Assembly: GCF_006345805.1 (NCBI RefSeq)
Contig: NW_021832223.1
Coordinates: 186,001 to 250,000 of the forward strand
Direction of reading: 5' to 3'
Length of the DNA stretch: 64,000 nucleotides
DNA from: Octopus sinensis
Lineage: Eukaryota
Shown here: positions 54,409 through 64,000 of the stretch, in pieces
Layout of the letters: each line of letters opens with the position of its first letter
Numbering within the stretch: the first letter of the stretch is position 1
Notes under the pieces: generated by a model
Told to the model about the DNA's origin: nothing
Seen by the model: only the letters and a program-made list of their open reading frames with translations
The model's database searches: none
Made by a program: the position numbers and the translations under genes

Positions 54409-55000
54409 CAGTCAAGCCTCGTTAATCCGAAAAATTCAAATCGACTTTCCCTTTGGATTTCGGATTATGAAGGAATCTAAAATTTATATGATTGTTAGAT
54501 AAATGATCAAATTAGTGATCAATTTACGAATCTGTTTATAAACACAATTATTTACTGAAAAAAATCAAATAAAGTTCTTTGTTTTTTTACTTAATTTTTG
54601 TAAATCATCCGAGATGTGTTTCGAATTTTTTACAGTATCGATTGTTATATTTTGAGAAAAGCAATTCAAACAACAACTTGATTTAATGACAATTTGAATT
54701 ACATAAAATAAAGTGGTTGGGCTAATATCGTAACTCTCGTCGACCTGGCCATCTAAAGCATTAAGTATGGTATCTTCAACAGTGTATTCTTCTTTAAACA
54801 GTGCAATAATTTCATCATCAATGATTTTTTCTGTTTGAATCATATCTTCTTCAATCATAATTTGGTCTAGCTCATTATTGTGTGGCTCAATAATTGGATC
54901 TGGTGACAACTCATCTTTAGCATAAGACTCATCAAGACCTTGAATAATTCCAACTTTTTTGAAACAATTATTGATAGTTTCTTGTTTCAAACTTTCCCAG
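54409..55000 (-). mobile_element. pogo-like element #3, 3' end only
   Basis: TA-CAGTCAAGCCTCGTTAATCCG terminus; (W)ESLKQETINNCFKKVG motif at the end of a DDE_1 domain. Confidence 0.7.
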
Positions 55001-55724
55001 CTCGCTTGAATCTCGGTGGAGTTATGAGGTTCACCAACTCGCTTGAATCTCGCAATTCAAACGTAGGAGCCCTAAAGACTTCCACGTCCAGGGAGCCCTA
55101 AAGACCACGGAGCAGGATAAATAAAAGTACAGGGGGCATTCAGATGCTAGATCTATCTGTTACTAGTCCACCTTGTCTTCGGTTCGAGATCCAGGGGCTG
55201 CCCGTGCCGTATGCTCCGATTGGGAATTGGATGCTTAACGGAAAGTTCGACATTTAAAAAATCCAAGTCCGGGCTAATAATCTCGGATTACAGGTTATTT
55301 AAAGTTTAGAGTGATACCCTACCACCATAACAATTCACTTCCAATGTGTTTCATGTGTAAAAGGTCTTTACAGATAAAGGAATGAAGCTCTCAAGAATGT
55401 TAAATCATCTTAAGATTTGTCATCCTGAGAATTTGATGCGGATATTAATTATTTTTTCAATTTAAAACATGATTATGAAAAAAAACATCGTCTATTGGAG
55501 AGTGTTTAATATTACCTGCTATCAAAGAAGTGCTAAATTTATTTGTTGATTGCGATTCTGAACAGATAATTTCATCAATTCCTTTATGTAATAGTTCAGT
55601 CTCTTCCAGAATTGATAAATGGCATCTGATATCGAAGAAATCTTATGTACATTTTTAAGAAGAACAAAATTTCAATTTAAATTGATGGTGGTTAAATAAA
55701 ATAAAAAAATAAAAATCTACAAAA

Positions 55725-56205
55725 ATGGTGAGATGTGTGATTGACATTTAGACAAAATAGTGGACTTTGTGCCGTAGAGGGATGCGGGATTGATATATTC
55801 GAATGCAAGGTAGACGACGGGAGAATGATTATAAGGACAGGTTAGGTGAAGAGGTTAAAACAGTAGAACCTCTAAAGCAAAGAGATCTGAAGGCAATGAA
55901 CATGACTGACCCTAACTGCCAGATTTGGACTCCAAATTAGGGCAAATCCACATAGTGACAGCCTCGGCACCGACCTCTTCCCAATTATTTTTGCGAGGTT
56001 TATGACTGCCTGATAAAGGACTCGACCAACTACCTCGATCACATCAACGGAGAAAAGCGTATTCCGCAAATGTGATCCCGGCAGACCAAAAGAACTTCGG
56101 AATGTCGATGAAGGTGGAAAAGTCGATCAAAGCTCGGTCAATGCCCCCGATGAAATTGAGGAACCCGATGTCGCCATGAGATTTTCTTGTTTCGGTAAGC
56201 AGTGA
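55725..56205 (+). pseudogene. ZMAT2: Unprocessed ZMAT2 (Snu23, matrin-type zinc finger) pseudogene
   Basis: PLKQRDLK|...DLDSKLG...[38 protein letters not shown]...MRFSCFGK. Retains tiny introns (24, 30 and 26 nt). Has a stop, frameshifts, a Cys-to-Tyr change in the finger and loss of the coiled coil. Confidence 0.85.
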
Positions 56206-56304
56206 CAGTCAATTCAGTTGTCCTTACTTTAGTTGTCTTAATTACCAACTGAATATGTACTATGATCGCATAGGCTAATTCAGTACGAGATGCTTTTGTC
56301 TAGT

Positions 56305-56548
56305 ATTATTTATTTATTGAACCAGAAAACCACCGTTATAGCCAAAAGAAAGAAGAATTCAGGTGATCCCAGCCTCCCTCAGCAGTTCGCGCAGCCTCTC
56401 CCGATGTTCCGCCGTTGTCCCGACGCATTTTCGGTACGGACGGGGATTTTCAGGACGAACCTCTCGTAGATGGATTGCAGATGACTTTATGATGTTGTTC
56501 CAGGCTTTTGGGATAATCTCTTTATCGGAAAAAGTATTTAGCAGGTTT
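56305..56548 (-). mobile_element. LINE family B 3' end
   Basis: Near-identical to 10840-11050. Confidence 0.85.
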
Positions 56549-56745
56549 GCCGTCGATACGTACTGGCAAGCTCGTCCTCGATACGTACTGATATCCTAGT
56601 CATGGATACCTCGAAAAGGATATCGCAGTCTTGGAGACGACTTAAATCATACATTGCAACGCTAAAGATGTGGACTATAGAGAAGGGTTTGACCCTAGCA
56701 CCGGAGAAGACCACCATTTCATGGTTGCGGAGAGGGAGTCGCTGT
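56549..56745 (+). mobile_element. LINE family A RT fragment, inverted relative to the adjoining family B end
   Basis: PSIRTGKLV...MDTSKRISQSWRRLKSYI...GLTLAPEKT. Confidence 0.8.
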
Positions 56746-56769
56746 ACGGAGTCGTGTGCATATGCGATG

Positions 56770-57170
56770 AGTAGTTATATTCACTTCAATTCATTGTATC
56801 ATCGGCATTATTTAATTACAAAATTATCTGAAGAATTGAATACACCTATGCAAATTTTTATCAAAGTTATCAATAAAATTGAAGGAAACAGCAAGTACGA
56901 TCGTATTTTTCGTGAATGCTACACTAATCAAAATGAAGATTATGTTAAGTTACTTTTACATATCCAAGTATGATGGTTATCTAAGGGAAATTTTCTTGAA
57001 AGATTAGTGATATTATTTGATAAGAGGGCGATACAAAAATTGGAGGGGAAAAAATTCCAAGGGGACGATACAAAAATAAAAATTGAGAACCACTGTCTAG
57101 ACTCTCAATTTTACTAAAACAAATTGACATTATAAAAATACAGTATCCACAAAGAATCACCAACTCTGAA
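56770..57170 (+). mobile_element. hAT (SCAND3/Buster-like) transposase remnant
   Basis: H..YHRHYL...DRIFRECY...KLLLHIQV*WLSKGNFL (decayed CxxH and RW motifs). Confidence 0.7.
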
Positions 57171-57714
57171 CTTATTAAATGTAGGAGAGTTTAATTTAGC
57201 TACACTTCCTAGAAATTCACGACTTTAGCTATTTTCCGATTTCAAGAGTTTTTTAATAGATTGAACTTGGAATTATATTCACATCCAAAACATCCATATA
57301 TGATTTGTAAAATACATTTACAATTCCTTTTAAATCAAAGCAATGGAAATAATTTTAACCTTTGCGTTGTATATTTGGGGCAATTCTCGACCTCAGCCAT
57401 CTTCAGCATCTTCTGAAAAGTGATTCCAACCTTTACTAAAGTAATCTCACTTGTCTTTTATCAAAAAAATATGTCTGGCTTTCATTCTGTACTCTGACAT
57501 TTGGATTTAATCATTTTCAGTTGTTGATATTGTTTGGACTGAGTGAGTCTGGCAAAACTAGACGTGAAGAATTAAGAAATTTAAATCAAATAACTTTAAA
57601 AAAATAAAAGAGAAGAATGAAAAAGCTTGCCGCTTGAAAAATTCAAATTTGAATATTTTTTACTAAAATTAAAATAATCATTTTTTAAATGACATTTACA
57701 TTAATTTTTTTTTT

Positions 57715-58372
57715 TTTTTTTAAATATCAGAATTTTTTTTTAACCTTAGACCCAATATTAGACAATGCAGTTATTTTGAACTGCCGGCGCATAAGATGGC
57801 ATGGCAGTTCCCTCGGACGATCGCCAACGAGACTCTTGGAAAAGATGACGAGTCTCGTGGGATCCTTGTTTCGTCTGGCAATCTTCGACCCAGCCGACGA
57901 AGGAAAGAAAGCGATTCTGGGCCGATGACCCCGGATGTCTCCACGGCTACTGCGCAAAAATGTGGTTTCTGGCCAGGTACGAGTATTTCTTGTTTTTGTG
58001 ACCTCCGCATGTCTTGCCGCTGACCCGGGCTCAGCAACTGATGAAATCAGGTTATGCGGGGAGAATGTGTCGGAGCATGTCGCGTCCCAGATGAGGCATT
58101 TCCCGTGATCGAAGGGAAATGTTGTCATGCCATCTGGGCGCTTCATCTCCGCGATCCACCCCGACTGTTCCAGCACATTAGGGAATCCCGCAGATGCCAG
58201 GGCGCGGCTCACCACATCATTAAGCCCAGAGTGTCGAGGGAAACGTCCAGCGCTACGCGGCAGGATAGCGGGTGCAGTCCTAGGGTGTCAATCATCTGGC
58301 CGCAGCGGCATTGATGTTCACGGCAGATGTTTAATCCCAAGCGTAGGGAGACTGCGATGCGGAGGCAAACCA
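57715..58372 (-). mobile_element. 5'-truncated CRE-like copy (knuckle + RLE) with poly(A) tail
   Basis: CRCG...HPLSC, KRPDGMTTFPFDHGKCLIWDATCSDT; T-run at about 57705-57721 on the plus strand is the tail. Confidence 0.85.
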
Positions 58373-58439
58373 TTGTTTACATAATTAACCATTGTTTATT
58401 AATAACGTGCGGATCAACGTGCTTATGGGTAAATCAGTT

Positions 58440-59220
58440 CGTTTTTATAAAGATTCTTATTTGTCATTTGGATTTTTGCAATGATAAAAATAAACTACCT
58501 CAATGTCTAATTTGCATGTAAGTCTTGGAAAATGATGCTATGGTTCCTAACAAACTAAAGAGATATTTTACTTCCAAAAATTCGGACTATTCCGAAAAAT
58601 CTGTGGATTATTTTGTCCATTTGAAAAAACAATACAAGTATTATTTAGTTTTTACTATGAATCATAGATCTAGTCAAATGAAACTTTTATAAACACAAAG
58701 GAATCATTAAATATTCATTCCCGATTTTTAGAATTTATAGCAAAACAACTAAAACTGCACAATATTGGCGAAAACTCGATAATCCCTGCTTGTCGTAATA
58801 TTGTTCGGACTATGTTTGGTTGTCAGATAACACTCTTCGGATTTGTGCTTTGTCGGAGAATATTGAAAATACTCATTTTTTTAATTCATTTCAACTTGAC
58901 GAATCCGCGGATATTTCGGGAATGGCACAATTGTTGGCATATATACGATTTGTTTATTCTGGGAAAATTACAGAATGATTCTTGTTTTGTTAACCTCTCT
59001 TAACTAATACTCGATCAATTGATATGTTCACGCTATTAAACGATTATCTTAATATCAACAGATGGAGCCCCTTCCTATTAATGAACTTGTAAACGAGGTT
59101 AATGAAAATTTGCAAGGACGTTCTGAGACTATTTAATAGTTGACGGAAAAATTAAATTCTTTGAAAATGAAAATCAGTTTTTGGAGAAAAAGGGTTTTAG
59201 ATGGCGATTATATTATGTCT
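58440..59220 (+). mobile_element. hAT Buster-like remnant
   Basis: HNIGENSIIPACRNIV, DES.DIS..AQLLAYIRF. Confidence 0.65.
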
Positions 59221-59559
59221 CCTGTTACGAATGGTTTATTTTATATTTCAATTATAAAAAAGGGTTTTCTTGTACGGATGGTTGGTTTTTTGCGGTCTGA
59301 AAAAGTCATTCCCTTTGACGGATCCACAGAAATAGAGACAAATGGAGGTGTGAACTTGACTGTTCATTGCCATCTTGACGCCTCAGGCATTTACAATAAT
59401 GGACCCTTACAGACTCCTTCAACTATTATTCTCCTGAAAGCTATCTGTTAGTCGATTGATTATTCCAAGAATGGATGACATCTCTATTGATTTGTGTCAA
59501 ATACCGTCTTGAACGAGTCCCCAGAGGAGGTTGGTCACTAGTTACTACTTATTTTAATT

Positions 59560-60340
59560 CAAAAACTTTGTTTTAATTCGAACAAGTTTACCAAATGTCG
59601 ATTCGCAGACATAGTTGATTCAAACATTGCTAAATTTTTATTTGTATTATTGACTAGATTCGCAAATCGGTTCTCTAGAATTCTCGAATAAAAGTCAATT
59701 ATTGAAATTTCTTTCTTTCTTGCTTTCATAACAAAAAAAAAATTATTGAAATGTTGCTGAACAAACTTTTTGGTTCAACATGATTTTGCAAATCAATCAA
59801 TTCCAGTTGGTAAATGGCCGAAACCTCATCACTTTTCATAATTAATAGAGATGCAAATAATCTCATTGAATTTGCACCTTCTTTAAAGCTCTGTCAGCTC
59901 AAATTAAATACCAAAAACCTAAAATCTTGCATCAAATTGCGAATTTATATCTTCAATTATTTTTAAATATTTATCAGTTGAGCCATTTTCGGAATTTTCT
60001 GACAAATAAATTATTATTTGATATTTGCGCTTTCCATAAACTTAATTTCTAAGCGAAGGCATTGATATATCCATAAATTTGATAATTTAGCTTATTTTCC
60101 GCCTGTAGTTCGACATTTAGGGCAGACAGATGCACCGATAGATCCACATAAATTGCTAAATCTGCTACCCAACCAGTCTCTTTCAATAATTTTTTGCCCG
60201 AATCCAATTGATAATTTTTATCACTACTTAAAAAACATTTTTCATTTTAATATTTTTGGAAATTAGGTCTTCCTGATGAATAATGCAATGATGCCATAAT
60301 ACTGGAGTCCAGTTATTATCACACCTCCATTTATTCATAA
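59560..60340 (-). mobile_element. hAT (GTF2IRD2/EPM2AIP1-like) remnant
   Basis: HCIIHQEDL...WVADLA..VDL..HL..LN..LQ. Confidence 0.7.
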
Positions 60341-60453
60341 GTTCACGAAAACCAGTTTTACTGAATTAAAAAATAAAATATTTATAAAAACATAAGCTCC
60401 TCAATTAAATCCTAGGGGCCGCACTTGAGAATCACTGTCTTAAACTATTATTT

Positions 60454-63400
60454 TGTTGCGTCCCACACGAGCTACCCATCCCATGGTGGTTACATGTCAC
60501 CTGTCAATAAATAATAATGCCCGGCCAACCTGACGGCACTTAATAAAAGTGATGGGGGTATCAGACCCATCGCTGTGGGAAACACATTCAGGAGGCTCTC
60601 TGCAAAAATTATCCTCAGTGTTGTCCTTCCTGATTTGAGCTCTTAGCTGCTGCCACATCAGTTCGGTGTCGGTGTTCGCGGTGCTTGTGAGGCTTCTGCC
60701 CATGGGGTGAGGGAGTTGGTCATCAATGGCAACCCAAAAATTCCATATCTTGTTAAGCTGGACGTGCGCAACGCTTTTAACAGTGTTCGCAGAGACCACA
60801 TCCTGGAAGTTGTGCACACCCGCTGCCCGGCACTCTACCCAATTGTCCATCTATCTTATGCGCGTTCCTCGAATCTCCTTTTTGGAAAAAATCTGTTGTC
60901 CTCAGCGTCTGGGGTTCAGCAAGGGGACCCATTGGGACCTCTCCTATTTGCCCTCGCAGTGGACCATATTGCTCAAAGGCTTTCGTGCCCGCTAAATTTC
61001 TGGTATCTCGACGACGTCACCTTAGGTGGCTCGCTCGAAAATATTCATAACGACGTTGCTGATATTATTTCGGGTTTTAGCCAAATTGGCTTATCCCTTA
61101 ATGGCTCCAAGTCGGAATTTACCCTGCTCTCCCTCGATCATTCTTTATTTTATCCTGCCTTCACGTCCCTGTCCGAGAAAGTTGTCGGTCTCTCTGCGAC
61201 AGACCCGGATGATCTGGTCATCCTTGGTTCACCAATCTCTGGTCGAGGTATTTCCGCTGCCATTGAGTGTAAAAAACGCCAGCTGGCTCAAACACTGGAG
61301 CGTATCTCCCAACTGGGCGCACATGTCGGGCTATTCTTTATAAAGAATTACCTATTCATCCCCCGCCTAACCTACTTATTCCGCTCGTCTCCATGCTTTC
61401 GGGAACCAGATCTCTTGTCCGACCTGGACTCCGTAATCTGGAAGTCAGTTGGGAAGCTTCTTAATGTTGACTTTGGCGGGGACCAACTTACCCGCGGAAT
61501 GTTACCCCTCCGTTTCGGAGGCATCGGTATCCGCTCGTGCAAAGACATTTCTATCCCATGCTACCTATCTTCGCTCTCGGCATCAAGAAATTTTGTCAGT
61601 TCTGTTCTTTGTCGCTCCCCTAAACGTTTTGAACTGACTGAATGTTCTTCTGCCCTCGCTGCCTGGACCGCCTCAGGTCTTGCCTTCCCTGTGGAGGATC
61701 ACTTGCAGAGGAGTTGGGACTCCATCCGCTGCAAAGAAGTGGTAAAGTCCCTTAAAGGAAGCGCCGATCAAGTTAAACTCGCCTCGTTGAATGCAGCCTG
61801 TCACCCGCATTCTGGAGACTGGTTGAAAGCCATCCCTCTGTCTACCGCTGGCCTCCTCTTGGATGATGAATCGACTCGAATCGGGACCTGTCTTCGTCTG
61901 GGAATTCCCCTTTGCCACCCTCATCGTTGCAAGTGCGGCCACATGATTAACCCCGATGGTCTCCACCCCCTTTCGTGCCGCTTAAGCACCGGGCGTATCC
62001 CGAAACACGCTGGCCTGAACCACGTCGTTAAACAGGCCCTCAATGCCGCAGGCTTCCCTTCTGTTCTGGAGCCTGCCGGCCTCGACCGTGGCGACGGCAA
62101 GCGTCCAGACGGAATGACGGTCTTTCCATTCTCGGAGGGGAAATGTCTCGTTTGGGATGTTACCTGCGCGGACACCTTTGCCCCCGGAACCGTTGCTCAG
62201 TCTGCGTCCTCCCCCGGCTTCGCTTCCCGTCGGGCTGAGGAGACGAAGCGGAAGAAATACGCCTCTCTCCCACCAAATTACCACTTTGTCCCGATTGCTG
62301 TGGAGACAAGTGGAGTGATAGGGACGGCCGGAGTGTCGCTTCTGACCGAAATCGGGAAGTGCATCCACAAGTGCACGAAGGACCACCGCCAAATCGGCTG
62401 GCTGTACCAGAGGATATCGATCGCAATCTTGCGAGGTAACTCGCTTGCAATCCGAGGTGCAGCCACTGGTGACACTTAATTAGCTATTGTGTAACATATT
62501 ATTTAAAAACTAAAAAAATAATGCCTGTCATGGTGACTGTCAAATTTAATAATTAATTTAATTGCATTGATTTCTAATCAATAATCGTTTCAACAATAAA
62601 AATTTATTAAAATAAAGCGTCTACGTTTTTTTAACTTGATTCATATTAACTATTTTAGACTTCCCTGAACTTGTTTTAATCTGTTAAATAAAATAATAAT
62701 AAAATAGACCTCTAGTCGATTGTTTGACAAAATTTGAACAACTTCAGCAGGTTCTCCATATGGGGATTCAAATCGGTTTAGCCTTATGGAAGGATTTGTC
62801 CCAAAATCCTTTAGAACTCTAACCTAACAATTATTCACTAAAAATACTCCGCTCCCAATTGAAAAATCGTATTTCGATTGATGAACATTCATTTTTTTAT
62901 TCATGCGTTTAAAATATGGTGAATTTAAATTAGGTGGAGAAAAATTCAATATAAAATCACTAGCATCCAAGTTGTCTAGCATATGTTATTCAAAATTTAC
63001 CTGAAACATCTAAAATATTTTCTACATCCATATCCTCTGATGATACATGATAAAAATCATCCGAACACTCACTTTCTTTGAAATTAAAAAAATTAAAAAA
63101 ACTTTTATCATCATGAATGACGGTGTTTATACCAGAAACTCCTCTTAATTTTTTAAATGGTGTTTCATTTATAGAAGAATGAATAGTCGTGTTATATGTA
63201 AAAGTGCATCGTTTAATAAATTGGATCCAGTTTTTAGTTGATTCTTCAGTCATCAGCTTTGAAAGATTTCGTGTTAAAGTTTGATTAAATCTTTCCACGA
63301 TACCCTGAAACAGATAAATATTGTGTCATTACTTGTGATTGAGGATGATTTGGTCTTCCGTAAATATGTTGGATTTTGTTTTTCGTGCAAAAAGAATCGA

Positions 63401-63924
63401 GATATTTATTCCTAAACTCAGTTCCATTATCTGTTTGTAGAATCTCGCAAAAGCCGATTTCTGAACAAATTTCTTCGAAAGCCTCACAAATATCTAAATT
63501 CCAATATAAAACATAAATATACTTATTGCAGATTTATTTTTAACTCCTTTACAAATGGCATACTTACTGTAAACATCAATGACGGTAAATATCCATTTGT
63601 AGCCATCGTTCGAATCGTTAAATTTTTTAACGTCTATAAGGTCTGCTTGGAATCGTTCATTTGGTCTTTTGGCAATCACATGGTACTTAGAATCTGAAAC
63701 CTGCTATATAAGTTTTTTATTTTATACTTTAAGTGGGATGGAAAACTTGCATAGTGAGCACTCTTTGAATAATAACGCTAAAAATATTAAATATGCCCAC
63801 ACGAGTAACGAATGATTAAACCACATTAATTATGACATCTGACAGCCAATGACCTCGTAAAAATGATTGATTGACAGGTGACATGTAGCCAGCATGGGAT
63901 GCGTAACCACCATGGGACGCGACA
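60454..63924 (-). mobile_element. Ginger-like element #4 (different subfamily) with a CRE inserted in one TIR
   Basis: About 100 bp imperfect TIR (TGT(T/C)GCGTCCCA...TACATGTCACCTGTCAAT); flanks TATTT and TATTC. rve motifs FQADLID, VIDVYSK, LQTDNGTEF, VERFNQ. Introns at 63305-63332, 63494-63522 and 63704-63727. Confidence 0.85.
60522..62516 (+). mobile_element. 5'-truncated CRE-like retrotransposon, 590-aa ORF (RT, knuckle, RLE)
   Basis: ORF 60707-62479 with GVQQGDPLGPLLF, WYLDDVT and KRPDGMTVFPF; 9-bp TSD AATAATGCC (60513-60521; 62517-62525). Confidence 0.93.
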
Positions 63925-64000
63925 TATTCCCTTTGCAGCCCATCACAAAGGTTATGCCAACAAACGGATTTTTTAAAGATTTTAATAATATAGAATGAAG

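Overview
Eukaryotic (animal-like) nuclear DNA, AT-rich and dominated by nested, mostly decayed transposable elements. Two apparently functional host genes lie on the minus strand: DNAJC27/RBJ (40905-41826) and a MAP4K4/TNIK/MINK-type kinase with a CNH domain (44289-46944). Both are split by very small (about 23-29 nt) spliceosomal introns. There are also decayed copies of ZMAT2, NTMT1 and possibly an IFT122 fragment. DNA transposons: Merlin, at least five Ginger-type integrase elements, two IR/DR Tc1 elements, three pogo-like elements and several hAT remnants. Non-LTR retroelements: about nine CRE-like RT+RLE copies (one full length with an N-terminal PHD finger), R4/NeSL-like RLE elements, APE-type LINEs and RTE fragments. 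A near-perfect 7 x 110 bp tandem array lies at 15810-16579. Most notable: DNA transposases from three superfamilies carry host-style 24-33 nt introns, and an RLE-type retrotransposon carries a PHD finger. Many frameshifts are single-base losses in homopolymer runs, so some apparent pseudogenization may be assembly error. All family and gene assignments come from manual motif recognition, not database searches. Tiny introns at ancestral positions plus cilium-associated genes suggest a reduced, ciliated animal such as a dicyemid (inference only).
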